Positions 36,776 to 49,830 of a stretch of DNA of 64,000 nucleotides are shown in pieces. The notes under the pieces were generated by a model, which was given only the letters and a program-made list of their open reading frames with translations, ran no database searches and was not told the DNA's origin. The DNA is from Squalus acanthias (Eukaryota), in the NCBI GenBank assembly GCA_030390025.1, contig JASTWF010000088.1, forward strand, positions 930,001 through 994,000, given 5' to 3'. The number at the start of each line of letters is the position of its first letter. The first letter of the stretch is position 1. Position numbers and translations under genes: made by a program.

Positions 36776-39199
36776 CAGGAAACTCTCATTTAAACGGCAC
36801 CTAAATATCCGGAATTCTCTATTAACCGGCAAAATTCATACTCCGAAAACTCCTCCCCAATAACCGGCAATGTTGCCGAGTCCGAGTCTCCCGCGAACGC
36901 CGAGTTAGTCAGTGGGGGTAGTTCTCCAAAGTGCCACTACTTGGCTTCCTGGCGCTGTCGGAAGTGCGTACACCGCAATAACAGGAGTCTGATTCTCCCG
37001 CACTGCTGGTAGTCTCTTCTGATCCACCATTTTACTGTGTGTCTCCCGCGCTGCTGGTAGTCTCTTCCTAGCCACCATTTTTCTGTGTGTCTCTCCATCT
37101 TTATCGGGAATTATCTCCCCCATCTTGCATTATGGAATTCCCAAAAGCTGGTCCAAGCAAAAGGAAGAGAGTGGTGTTAACTTTAAAACAGAAAATCGAG
37201 ATATGCCAACGACTAGAAAGGGGAGAGAAGTGGATCAACATTATGAATGAATTAAAAATCGGTTCGTCAACAATCTACGACATCAAATCGCAGAAGGATA
37301 AGCTGCTCAAGTTTTAGTCAAGCTCGGAGAAATCTAAGAGTGTAGAGAAACGGCGTATGCTTCGTAAGCTTAAGCTTGAAGAGCTGGATACCGTGCTTTA
37401 TGAATGGTTTTCTCTTAAGTGCTCAGAGGGTGTTCCACTTTCCAGACCCATGCTAATCAAGAAAGCGAAGGATTTCTACGAAAGGATGGAGCTCACTGAC
37501 AAGTGTGCTTTCTCCGAGGGATGGCTAACGTGCTTCAAGTTACGGCACGGGATATGACGACTCGATATTTCCGGGGAGAAGAAATCAGCTGATCATGACG
37601 CCGCAGAAGAATACTGCGATTATTTCAATCGGATTGTGCAGCAACATGATTTGTCGCCAGCACAGATATATAATGCCGATGAAACTGGCTTGTTTTGGAG
37701 GTTTTTGCCAGAATCAACGCTTGCTGGGGCTAGTGAGGCTAATGCTTCAGTTTACAAGAAAAATAAAGATTGTGTAACCGTGCTAACATGTGCAAACGCT
37801 GCTGGATCACACTGGGTTAAACTTCTTGTTATTGGGAAGTATAAAAATCCCCGTGCATTTAAAAATGTGAGGCACTTACCTGTTGAGTACAAAGATCAAA
37901 AAAATGCTTGGATGGATAAGGAAATCTTCTCCTATTGGTTCCATCATATTTTTGTTCCATCTGTGAGGGAACATTTCCGTAAAATAGGGAAACCTGAAGA
38001 TAGCAAATGCATTTTATTGCTTGATAATTGTAGAGCCCATCCGCATGAATCCGAGTTGGTTTCAGGAAATATTTTCACCATTTATTTGCCACCAAATGTA
38101 ACTTCTCTCATACAACCCATGGACCAGGGCGTTATCCAAATCTGAAGTGTCATTACAAGAAAGACTTCCTACGTAAACTGATAAACCAAGATGACAATAT
38201 TCACACATTTCAGAAGGAATACAGTATTAAAGATGCCATCTATAATGTTGCATGTTCCTGGAACTTGGTGAAAGGTCACACTCTGAGGCAAGCCTGGCGC
38301 AAATTGTGGCCTTCTGTAATGTTTGCTGAAGGTTCTTCTTCAGAGGAGGAATTTTATGGGTTCAATGTTCTTCCCAAGAAGAGTACAATAATGGAAATGG
38401 CTGGCATGGTGAAAAATGTAGGCCCAGCAAACCCTCTACGTCACGTCAATGAAAGTGATATCGAGCAGTGGGTTGATGCAGATAGAGAAGTTGCTGTTGT
38501 GCATATGCTAAGTGATGATGAAATAATTGAGAGTGTTTTGAATCCAAAGAAAGAAAAGGAAAGTGAGATGGAAAGTGAAGAGGATGAGATTTCTGAAGAG
38601 AAGAAGATTTCTTGGGCTAAAGCTGCAGAAGGATTTTCTTCAATCCTCCAATTTGCTGAAAGGCAGCCTTGCTACTCTGCCCAAGAAGTTATGCAACTCC
38701 ATATTCTGCATTCCACGTTTCTACAGAAAAGGCAAGAGTCCACTAAGCAAGCCGACATCCACAACATGTTTAAGAAAGCTTCCAAAAGAGTCGAAGCAGT
38801 GGAAGTGCCTGAAGAATCTGTGGAATCTGTGGAAGTGCATGGTCCTGTGACCAAGCTGGCATGGATATTCCTGATGAACCAGTTGACTTGGAATAAGTGT
38901 ACAGTCAACTACAGTACTGTATACAGTCATTTATAAGTTTTGTTTTACTGTTAAGTAATTAAAGAGTTATGGATTACCCTCAACTGGCAGTACTGTACTT
39001 AATCAAGCATCTTCCACCATCCATTTAACATAACATTCTGTAGGTGAGTACCCAATTACTGTATACTGCACATTTCTTGATTTTTTAATTTTTGTTTGTT
39101 AAAAATAGCCTCGGTAGATAACCCTCTCCATCATCCGGAATTTTTATTCAACCGGCACCACCCCGGTCCCATCGGTGCCGGATACCAAAGAGTTTCCTG
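36776..39199 (+). mobile_element. Full-length Tigger/pogo (Tc1-mariner) DNA transposon with decayed transposase
   Basis: TIRs CAGGAAACTCT / AGAGTTTCCTG with TA duplications at 36774-36775 and 39200-39201. ORF pieces encode a CENP-B/psq HTH (KRKRVVLTLKQKIEI), then [20 protein letters not shown] and IQPMDQG, broken by stops and a frameshift. Inserted into a - strand CR1. Confidence 0.93.
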
Positions 39200-40560
39200 T
39201 ATTTTGTTGCAAATGCTTCACGCGTTCAGATATTGTGCTTTTAGCTTTGACTAATTTCTCTTTTTCCCTGATGTCACCTTAGTCACTGATGCCTTATTAC
39301 CTTTGTTACTCTCTCTGTCCCTTCCTGACCCACTCTGCTTATTTTTACCCAAAACTCTACTCTGCTCTACAGCCTTGACATTTCTCTCGCTGCTTTTAAA
39401 TTTACTCTTTCCTGAATCCTCCCACCCCCCCTTCATTAGTTTAAAGCCCTGTCTACTGCCCTAGTTATTCGGTTCGCCAGGATACTGGCCCCAGCCCGGT
39501 TTAAGTGGAGCCCGTCCCAACAGAACAGCTCCCCCTTTCCCCAGTACTGGTGCCAGTGCCCCATGAACTGAAATCCCTTCTGTCTTTCAGATGAGACGTT
39601 AAACCGAGGTCCCGTCTGCTCTCTCAGGTGGACGTAAAAGATCCCATGGCACTATTTCGAAGAAGACCAGTGTCCTGGCCAATATTTATCCCTCAACCAA
39701 CATAAAAACAGATTATCAGGTCATTATCATATTGCTGTTTGTGGGAGCTTGCTGTGCGCAAATTGGCTGCCGCGTTTCCTACATTACAACAGTGACTCCA
39801 CTTCAAAAAGTACTTCATTGGTTGTAAAGCGCTTTGAGACGTCGGTGGTCGTGAAAGGCGCTATATAAATGCAAGGTTTTTTTTCTCACATACCACTCTT
39901 TGAGCCACGCATTTAAACCTCTAATCTGTCCCTATGCCAATTTGTGCGTGGCTCAGGTAACAATCCAGAGATAATTACATTTGAGGTTCTGCGTTTTAAT
40001 TTGGATCCTAGCTCCTCAAACTCGCTCAGCAGAACCTCATTCCTATTTCTACCTATGTCGTTGGTTCCTACCTGGGCCACAACAACTGGATCCTCCCCCT
40101 CTCACTCCAAGTTCTTCTCCAGCCGCAAAGAGATGTCTTTAACCCTGGCAACACAACCTTCGGAACTCTCGGTCGCGGCTGCAGAGAACAGTATCTATCC
40201 CCCTGACCTTACTGTCCCCTACCACAACTACATTCCCTTTCACTCCCCCAGATGAATGGCCTCCTGCACCATGGTGCCACGGTCAGCTTGCTCATCCATC
40301 CTGCAGGATTTTCCCTCATCCACAGAGGCAGCAAGAACCTCATACCTGTTCGACAAGGGCAAGGGCTGAGGCTCCTCCAGCACTGCAACTGGGGTCCCCT
40401 TACCTGCCTGAGTTACAGTCACACCCTCCTGTCCCTGACCACTAATCAGACCTGTACCACTACCTAACCTAAGGGGTGTGACTGCCTCCTGGATCAAAGT
40501 GTCCAGGTAACTCTCCCCATCCCTGATGCCTCACAATGTCTGCACCTCAGACTCCAGCTC
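39200..40560 (-). mobile_element. CR1 5' region (continuation of 36275-36775 across the Tigger insertion), containing a SINE at ~39580-39880
   Basis: Sequence rejoins across the TA site (aattcatcta|ttttgttgcaaatgc); ORF1 motif PLSNRYEVL. Confidence 0.85.
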
Positions 40561-40689
40561 AAAAACTTTGAGCTCCCTGCTCCTCATGGAATAGGGCCAC
40601 GGGTTCGCCACGTAACATAAGAACATAAGAAATAGGAGCAGGAGTAGGCCATTCGGCCCCTCGAGCCTGGACTGCACAACGAATGGCTC

Positions 40690-41412
40690 CAAAACAGGAT
40701 GCCCAAAGAATCCAAATATTCACACAGGGGCATATGTCCTATACAGGACCCTCAATACATCCCAAATATCCACACAGGGAATATCTCCCAAACAGGATCC
40801 CCAATACATCCCAAATATCCACACAGGGAATATCTCCCAAACAGGATCCCCAATACATCCCAAATATCCACACAGGGAATATCTCCCAAACAGGATCCCC
40901 AATACATCCCAAATATCCACACAGGGAATGTCTACCAAACAGGATCCTCAATACATCCCAAATATCCACACAGGGAATGTCAACCAAACAGGATCCCCAA
41001 TACATCCCAAATATTCACACAGGGAATGTCAACCAAACAGGATCCTCAATACATCCCAAATATCCACACAGGGGCATATGTCCTATACAGGACCCTCAAT
41101 ACATCCCAAATATTCACACAGGCAAATATCTCCTATACAGGACCCTCAATACATCCCAAATATTCACACAGGCAAATATCTCCTATACAGGACCCTCAAT
41201 ACATCCCAAATATTCACACAGGTGAATATCTCCTATAAAGGATCCCCAATACATCCCAAATATCCACACAGGGAATGTCTCCCAAACAGGATCCCCAATA
41301 CGTCCCAAATATTCACACAGGTGAATATCTCCTATAAAGGATCCCCAATACATCCCAAATATTCACACAGGGAATGTCTCCCAAACAGGATCCCCAATAC
41401 AGCTCAAATATT
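40690..41412. repeat. 49-51-bp minisatellite, ~14 copies
   Basis: Core CAATACATCCCAAATATCCACACAGG. Confidence 0.95.
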
Positions 41413-41414
41413 GA

Positions 41415-42200
41415 ACAAAAACAACAAAGGCTTACATTTATATAGCACGCTTAACATAAAGAACGTTCCTGCTGGCTTTACTGTGTATAAATAGGTGAGG
41501 AAATAGATGGAAACAATGGAGGGAGAGATTAATTCGAGAAGCAAAGTGCTTGGTCGAAAAGATGGGTTCTAAGAAGGTTTTAAAGGTGTTGAGAGAAGAG
41601 ACAGAGAAGTTTAGGGAAGAGATCCGGAAAATAAGGCCAAGGTGCCTGAAGGATCTGTCTCCAATGTTGGGGTGAAGGAAGGGGAACATGCATAGAAGTC
41701 CGAGGGCTAGTTTATGGGGCAGGAGATATAGAGGTTGTTGAAGATTGATGACGCAGGATAGATGCATTTGAAAATGAGGGTAACAATTTAAATCTGTTGA
41801 GATACAGGGATCCAATGTAGGTCAGCCAGGAAGGGGGTAATGGGTAAGCAGAAGTTATTGCTGGACAGGAAGTGTGTCGCACAGCTTTGGACAAGTTGTA
41901 GTTTATGGATGGTACAGCACGGGAGACAGCAAGGAGAGCATTGGAATAATTGAGTACAGAGGTGGCAGAAGCATTTATAAGGGTTTCAGTGGTAGAGGGG
42001 CTGAGTAGGGGCAGAGGTGGGTGATGTTTGAGAAATGGAAGTAGTCAGACATGAAAGTGCATTGACTGGGAGGAGCAGGGTTAAAGCTTTTCCTGGCGTC
42101 AAACAAGAAGCTAAGGTTGTGCATGGTGTAGTTCAGCTTGAGCATGTGACAGTGGAGAGAGATGGAGTCAGTTATGATGATCAGAAAGTCATGCGTGCAA
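41415..42200 (-). mobile_element. Old L2 LINE 3' fragment
   Basis: cttacatttatatagcac tail and degraded similarity to the L2 at 30920-31480. Confidence 0.6.
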
Positions 42201-42904
42201 TGGGTGTGACCTTCCATGCACGGATGAAAAATCACAGAAAGCCGTGGATAGCGTTCCCACGATTTGGTAAGAAGCTGCCCTCACCCTGCAAGTCCCTAAC
42301 TGTGATGCACAATCTAGAAAATCTAGCTTTACGTGCATTCATTATTTTAGCAGAAGTGTGCAGGCGTGTAAAATACAGGTTAATGCCCCTGCCAAAATAA
42401 CAGATAGAGGAATTTCACATGCATGCCTTAAATGCATTTATCCACGGTTGGCCAGCTTGGCGCGACTGCCCTCACTTGGTTGTACTCTGACCTAACTGAT
42501 TGTACCTGAGGCATGTCTAGCAATGGCTTCTATTGCCATCTGCACCAACACCTCAGGGGTTCATCAAGGAGTCTATTGGCAACATCATGCATGTGTGGCA
42601 CCTTCCACATGTACACTGATGGCACCAAGCTCCACCTTTCCACCCCTCCTCTGCCTCTGCATTGTCAGATTGCTTTTCCAATGTCCAGTCTTGGATGAGC
42701 CGTCAACTCTCCCAGATAAACATTGGTGAAAGGGTGGAAACAGGCGCTAAGTGGGTGCTGTGCTAATAAGACACGCCTGTTTGAAAGTCTGGTTTTAGCA
42801 GGCAATTTTAGTCCTAATTGCTGATTACCATAATTTGAACTTGCCTGGAGGCTAAAACAGACACCTGCAGGTTTAGCACTCAAGCGCTGATCAGACGCAA
42901 TTTT

Positions 42905-44050
42905 CGTGACCCTGCCCTGGGGTGCTGCCCGTGGGGTGTGAGGTGAATCTCACCAGGGACGGGCAGTGTGGGTGACCCTGCCCTGGGGTGCTGCCCGTGG
43001 GGTGTGAGGTGAATCTCACCAGGGACGGGCAGTGTGGGTGACCCTGCCTGGGGTGCTGCCCATGGGGTGAGAGATGAATCTCTCCGGGCCCGGGGACGGG
43101 CAGTGTGGGTGACCCTGCCCTGGGGTGCTGCCCATGGGGTGAGAGATGAATCTCTCCGGGCCCGGGGACGGGCAGTGTGGGTGACCCTGTCCTGGGGTGC
43201 TGCCCATGGGGTGAGAGGTGTATCTCTCCGGGCCTGGGGACGGGCAGTGTGGGTGACCCTGTCCTGGGGCAGGGTGTGAGGTGAATCTCTCCGGGGACGG
43301 GCAGTGTGGGTGACCCTGTCCTGGGGTACTGCCCACCCGCGGGGTGAGAGGTGAATCTCTCCGGGCCCGGGGACGGGCAGTGTGGGTGACCCTGCCCTGG
43401 GGTGCTGCCCATGGGGTGTGAGGTGAATCTCTCCGGGTCCGGGCAGTGTGGGTGACCCTGCCTGGGGTGCTGCCCATGGGGTGAGAGATGAATCTCTCCG
43501 GGCCTGGGGACGGGCAGTGTGGGTGACCCTGTCCTGGGGCAGGGTGTGAGGTGAATCTCTCCGGGTCCGGGCAGTGTGGGTGACCCTGCCCTGGGGTGCT
43601 GCCCGCGGGGTGAGAGGTGAATCTCTCCGGGCCCGGGGTCGGGCAGTGTGGGTGACCCTGTCCTGGCGCAGGGTGTGAGGTGAATCTCTCCGGGTCCGGG
43701 CAGTGTGAGTGACCCTGCACTGGGACGCTGCCCACTCGAGGGGTGAGAGGTGAATCTCTCCGGGCCTGGGGACGGGCAGTGTGAGTGACCCTGCACTGGG
43801 ACGCTGCCCACTCGAGGGGTGAGAGGTGAATCTCTCCGGGCCTGGGGACGGGCAGTGTGAGTGACCCTGCACTGGGACGCTGCCCGCGGGGTGTGAGGTG
43901 AATCTCTCTGGGCCCGGGGACGGGCAGTGTGGGTGACCCTGCCTGGGGTGCTGCCCATGGGGTGTGAGGTGAATCTCTCAGGGGACAGGCAGTGTGGGTG
44001 ACCCTACCCTGGGACGCTGCCCACTCGAGGGGTGAGAGGTGAATCGCTCC
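42905..44050. repeat. GC-rich ~55-70-bp minisatellite
   Basis: Core GGGCAGTGTGGGTGACCCTG...GAGGTGAATCTCTCCGGG. Confidence 0.95.
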
Positions 44051-44239
44051 AGGCCAGTGTTGCTCAGAGAGCGGCCAATGTGCGCACAGAAAGTGGTCAG
44101 GAGCCCACGGGCAGCGCCCATATGAGGGAGAAGGAAATAGAGGGTTATGCTGATAGATTTAGATGAGGAAAGACGGGAGTTGGCTCGAATGGAGCATAAC
44201 CGCCGGCATGGACTGGCTGGGCCAAATGACCTGTTTCGG

Positions 44240-44560
44240 TGCCGCATATCCGATCAGAGAGTGCGCGGGGGGCCGCCGGGCACCGCCCATTGAGAGGTGC
44301 GCACCTCCAATTCCCCACAGCCCCGCCCCGCCGCGCGCTCAGATTCAAACTGCCGGACGCTGGGCGCCAACCGCCGGAGTCAGCGCGGAGGCAGGAGAAC
44401 TACAACTCCCAGGAGGCAGCGCGGCCCGGCTCCTCTCCGCTGCCGCCTCTCACTGTGCGCAGGCGCGCGGCGCTGTCTGGGTCGTGTAGTTCTCGTGCTG
44501 AGAGAGCAAAGAGCAGCCCCGGGAGGGAGAGCCCGGCACAGTCGTCACAGTGACAGCAAG
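44240..44560. promoter_or_regulatory. CpG-island promoter-like region with two inverted ZNF143/Staf-type (ACTACA...CCCAG) motifs and GC boxes
   Basis: GAGAACTACAACTCCCAGGAGGCAGCGCG on + from 44395; GAGAACTACACGACCCAGACAGCGCCGCGCG on - at 44464-44494; CCCCGCCCCGCC at ~44321; high CpG density. Confidence 0.7.
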
Positions 44561-44569
44561 AGAGACAGA

Positions 44570-45412
44570 CGGGAGGGTCAGTGAGGGGGAACAGGGCGGG
44601 TCAGCGAGAGACAGATAGGAGGGTCAGTCAGAGGGGAAAGGGAGGGTCAGTCAGAGGGGAAAGGGAGGGTCAGTCAGAGGGGAAAGGGAGGGTCAGTCAG
44701 AGGGGAAAGGGAGGGTCAGTCAGAGGGGAAAGGGAGGGTCAGTCAGAGGGGAAAGGGAGGGTCAGTCAGAGGGGAAAAGGAGGGTCAGTCAGAGGGGAAA
44801 GGGAGGGTCAGTCAGAGGGGAAAGGGAGGGTCAGTCAGAGGGGAAAGGGAGGGTCAGTCAGAGGGGAAAGGGAGGGTCAGCGAGGGGGGGGAAAGGGAGG
44901 GTCAGCGAGGGGGGGGAAAGGGAGGGTCAGCGAGGGGGGGGAAAGGGAGGGTCAGCGAGGGGGGGAAAGGGAGGGTCAGCGAGGGGGGGGGAAAGGGAGG
45001 GTCAGCGAGGGGGGGGAAAGGGAGGGTCAGCGAGGGGGGGGAAAGGGAGGGTCAGCGAGGGGGGGGAAAGGGAGGGTCAGCGAGGGGGGGGGAAAGGGAG
45101 GGTCAGCGAGGGGGGGGAAAGGGAGGGTCAGCGAGGGGGGGGAAAGGGAGGGTCAGCGAGGGGGGGGAAAGGGAGGGTCAGCGAGTGGGGGGTCAGTGAG
45201 CGACAGATAGGAGGGTCAGTCAGAGGGGGGAAAGGGAGGGTCAGCGAGGGGGGAAAGGGAGGGTCAGCGAGGGGGGGAAAGGGAGGGTCAGCGAGGGGGG
45301 AAAGGGAGGGTCAGCGAGGGGGGAAAGGGAGGGTCAGCGAGGGGGGACCAGGGCGGGTCAGTGAGAGACAGATAGGAGGGTCAGCGAGGGGGGAAAGGGC
45401 GGGTCAGCGAGT
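44570..45412. repeat. Purine-rich ~23-bp minisatellite
   Basis: Unit GGGAGGGTCAGTCAGAGGGGAAA and a variant with a longer G run. Confidence 0.95.
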
Positions 45413-46236
45413 GGGGCAATTTTAACAGCGTTTGGATTTCGGTGCCGGCAGCGGGTTAAATTCGGCGAAATTGGCAGTGTCTGGGGGCCGGCTCCAACTC
45501 GTCGACTTCGAGATTTAACTCTGGCTCCCATGGCTGTGTGTGTAACCCCTCCGGACAGGTAGGTTAGTGATTTGAATATTTAAATCTGTGAATTGCAGCA
45601 ATATTTTAACAACATTTCAATTGAGCAGCACGTGCACAGATTTCCCAGGCTTCCTGAAACACGCCATTAAAACCAAGCCGAGAAGACTGAACAGAAACTC
45701 ATGGGGCTCTTTAAAAGTTAGGCACATGCAGCAATAAATACTCAGAGCTCAGTTAGCTGCTTTCTTACCCCCCCCCCAGTGGGAAAGTGTTTGTTGAGAG
45801 TACTTGTGGTGAGAAGTTAATTTCTGCACTTTGCAGGTAATGAGACTCAAGATCAGGATGGCTGGCGCCATGGCTGCCTGAGATTGGACCTCGGACGAGG
45901 AGCAAGGTGACAATCAGGAGCAGCAACAGCCTGCGGTGTAGAGACCTGCAGGTGGCCAGCAGAGAGGGGTCGAGCTCGCAGGAGGCGCGACACGGTGTAC
46001 AGGCAGAGGCTGAGTGTCCTGGACCTCTCAGATGAGCAGTGTTTCTGCAGGCTGAGGTTGTCACGTCAGGTGGTGGCTGACATCTGCAGCCTCCTGGAAG
46101 AAGACCTGCTCTCTGTTGGACCTGGTGTCCACGTGTTACCAGTGGCTGTCAAAATCACCACCGGCCTCAACCTTTTTGCCTCTGGATCCTTCCAGAGCGC
46201 CACCGGAAACAGATCCAGGATCTCCCAGTTGGCTGT
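45413..46236 (+). mobile_element. PIF/Harbinger transposon remnant (HARBI1-like transposase N-terminus), truncated by CR1
   Basis: LSDEQCFCRLRLSRQVVADICSLLEEDL...LPVAVKITTGLNLFASGSFQ is typical of Harbinger transposases; TIR-like GGGGCAATTTTAAC at ~45413. Confidence 0.7.
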
Positions 46237-46239
46237 ATG

Positions 46240-47885
46240 TAAGAACATAAGAAATAGAAGCAGGAGTGGGCCATACGGCCCCTCGAGCCTGCTCCGCCAT
46301 TCAATAAGATCATGGCTGAACTTCTACATTGACCCCACTTTCCCGCCCTATCCTCACATCCCTTGATTCCCTTAGTGCCCAGAAATCTATCGATCCGAGT
46401 CTTGAATATACTCAATGACTGAGCATCCACAGCCCTCTGGGGTAGAGAATTCCAAAGATTCACAACCCTCTGAGTGAAGAAATTTCTCCCCATCTCAGTC
46501 CTAAATGACTGACCCCTTATCCTGAGACTATGCCCCCTACTTCTAGACTCTCCAGCCGGGGGAATCTGCATCTAACCTGTCAAACCCTCTAAGAATTTTA
46601 TGCGTTTCAATTAGATCACCTCTCGTTCTTCTGAACTCCAGAGAGTATAGGCCCATTCTACTCAATCTCTCCTCATAGGGCAACCCTCTCATCCCAGGAA
46701 TCAATCTAGTGAACCTTTGTTGCACCCCCTCTAAAGCAAATATATCCTTAGGTAAGGAGACCAAAACTGTACGCAGTACTCCAAGTGTGGTCTCACTAAA
46801 GCCCTATACAATTGCAAACAAGACTTCCTTCTCTTATACTCCAACCCCCTTGCAATAAAGGCTAACTTACCTTTTGCCTTCCTAATTACTTGCTGTACCT
46901 GCTTGTTAACTTTCTGTGATTTGTGTACAAGGATACCCAAATCCCTCTGAATACCAACATTTACTAGTCTCTCACCTTTTAAAAATATAATGCTTTTGTA
47001 TTTTTTCTACTGAAGTGGATAGTTTCACATTATACTCCATCTGCCAACTTCTTGCCCAATCACTTAACCCTTTGCAGCCTCTTTTGTGTCCTCCTCACAG
47101 CTAACTTCCCCACCTAGCTTTGTATCATTAGCAAACTTGGATATATTACATTTAGTCCCCTCATCTAAGTCATTGATGTAGATTGTGACTAGATGAGGCC
47201 CAAGCACTGATCCTTGCGGTACCCCACTAGTTACAGCCTGCCATCCCGAAAATGACCCATTTATTCTTACTCTGTGTTTTCTGTCCATTAACCAATCCTC
47301 AATCCATGCTAATATATTACCCCTAATCCCATGAGCCCTAATCTTGTATATCAATCTCTTGTGTGGCACCTTATCGAATGTTTTTTGGAAATCCAAATAT
47401 ACTACATCCACTGGTTCCCCCTTGTCTATTCTGCTTGTTTCACCCTCAAAAAAACTCCCATAGATTTGTCAAACACAATTTCCCTTTCATATAACTGTAT
47501 TGACTCTGCCTAATCATATTGTGATTTTCCAAGTGTCCTGTTACCACGTCCTTAATAATAGATGCTAGCATTTTCCCTACTAGTGATGTCAGGCTAATTG
47601 GCCTATAGTTCCCAGTTTCCCACCATCTTTTTTGAATAGAGGGCTTACATTTGCTACCTTCCAATGCACGGGGACTGTTCTAGAATCTAAGGAATTCTAC
47701 GTGGTAACGGGGCACTTGGAAAATAATAATAGGATTGGGCAGAGTCAGCATGGATTTATGAAAGGGAAATCGTGTTTGACAAATCTGTTAGTTTTTTGAG
47801 GTTGTAACTAGCAGAATAGATAAGGGGGAACCAGTGGATGTGGTGTATTTGGATTTTCAGAAGGCATTCGATAAGGTGCCACACA
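46240..47885 (-). mobile_element. CR1 LINE RT/3' end, with a short inverted piece at ~47700-47885
   Basis: DVVYLDFQK, RPHLEYCVQFWSP, and an AAGAACAT tail at ~46240. Confidence 0.9.
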
Positions 47886-48011
47886 TTTCTGGGGGTCTGT
47901 TTACAATGACACTTGTCATACCATAATGAATCAGCAATGACAGTGTTCGTGAGAGATGGTCTATAAAGATCTTGAGCTTTCCTTAACAAGTTGTGGAGAG
48001 AGTCAGGATCG

Positions 48012-48470
48012 AAAGACTTGCATTTATATAGCGCCTTTCACGACCACCGGACGTCTCAAAGCGCTTTACAGTCAATTAAGTACTTTTGAAGTGGAGTCAC
48101 TGTTGTAATGTGGGAAACACGGCAGCCAATTTGCGCACAGCAAGGTCCCACAAACAGCAATGTAATAATGACCAGATAATCTGTTTTTGTTGTGTTGGTT
48201 GAGGGATAAATATTGGCCAGGATACCGGGGATAACTCCCCTGCTCTTCTTCGAAATAGTGCCATGGGATCTTTTACGTCCACCTGAGAGAGCAGACGGGG
48301 CCTCGGTTTAACGTCTCATCCGAAAGACGGCACCTCCGACAATGCAGCACTCCCTCAGCACAGCACTGGAGTGTCAGCCTGGCTTTATGTGCTCAAGTCC
48401 CTGGAGTGGGACTTGAACCCACAACCTTTCTACTCAGAGGTGAGTGTGCTACCCACTGAGCCACAGCTGA
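48012..48470 (-). mobile_element. tRNA-derived Deu-domain SINE (SacSINE1-like)
   Basis: A/B-box head (TGGCTCAGTGGG...GGTTCAAGTCCC), conserved core GTAAAAGATCCCATGGCAC, tail GCGCTATATAAATGCAAGT. Confidence 0.85.
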
Positions 48471-48639
48471 AAGGATCGACGAAGGTTACCTGTCTACCCG
48501 GGGAAATGTGGGGTAATAACTTTAATTTCTCTGTATGTCTACTGTTCAAAGACATTGCGTGTGTCTGGACTTGGTCGAACACAATAAACGGATTTTTGTT
48601 GCAACCATATTCGGTGTCGGATTCAAACTGTCTTACGCC

Positions 48640-49830
48640 ATTTATCTCTTTGTGCCATTAATTCATCTATCTTGTTACAAATGTTTCGTGCATTCAGATA
48701 TAGCACCTTTAATTTTAACTTTTTACTATTTTTCCCTGCTGTGGCATCGTTGCTAATGCCCTATTACCATTGTTAAACTCTCTGTCCCTACCTGACACAC
48801 TCTGCTTGATTTTACCCAAATCACTATTCTGCTCTACAGCCTTGACTTTTCTCTTCAGACTTATAGATTTACCCCTACCTGAACCCTCCCTCCCCCTTAT
48901 TAGTTTAAAGCCCTGTCTACAATTTGCCAGGACACTGGTCCCAGCCCAGTTTAAGTGGAGTCCGTCCCAATGGACCAGCACCATCTTTCCCCAGTACTGG
49001 TGCCAGTGCCCCATGAATCGAAACCTCTTCCTCCCACACCACTCTTTCAGCCACACATTTAAACCTCTAATCTGTTTGTATCTATGCCAGTTTGCATGTG
49101 GCTCAGGTATAATTCGGAGATTATTACCTTAGAGGTTCTGCTTTTCAAATTTGTACCCTAGCTTCTCAAACTCCCTCAGCATAACCTCATTCCTAGTTCT
49201 ACCTATGTTATTGCTTCCTACGTGGACCACGACAACTGGATCTTACCCCTCCTGCTCCAAGTTCTTCTCCAGCTGTGAGCAGATGTCCTTAACCCTGGCA
49301 CCGGGCAGGCAACACGGCCTTCGGGACTCCTGGTTGCGGCTGCAGAGACCAATGTTCCCTCTAATTTTGTTTTGTACTGAGCGGACCACGAACTCCTTTG
49401 AGCGCGACCTTTTCATCCGTGAGCAAATTTTAAAACAACAATAACTTTAACAACAACGACAGCAACTGCAAACAATTAAAAGCATATATACAGGAATGCC
49501 ATATTGCCACCCCACCGTCTCAAATCATGAGATAATCAGACAAGATTCTATACAAGATTAACGTAACGTCTCTGCTTTTGAATTCTATTCCTCTGGAAAT
49601 GAGCCCCAGTGCTTTATTTGCACATTAATGGCTTTTTTAACCTGCGTTGCTACTTTTAATGATTTGTGAATCTATACTCCTTGATTCCTTTGCATCTCTA
49701 CCCCATTTAGACTCTTATTTTCCAAGGAGCAGGTCACCTCCTTATTCCTCCTACCAAAATGCACCACCTCACACTTACCTAGATTGAAATTCATTTGTCA
49801 TTTACATGCCCATTCTGCAAGTTTGTTTAC
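48640..49830 (-). mobile_element. CR1 fragments (ORF1 end, RT piece)
   Basis: MGHWHQYWG...DGLHLN; gattgaaattcatttg RT segment. Confidence 0.75.

Noticed and set aside
37087-38936. Domesticated TIGD/JRK-like host gene
   Set aside because: Multiple stops and a frameshift, intact TIRs/TSD and insertion within a LINE indicate a dead transposon.
40683-45210. Long ORFs in minisatellites (also 1305-1716, 5928-6988, 51747-54439)
   Set aside because: Periodic translations of tandem repeats, open in several frames.
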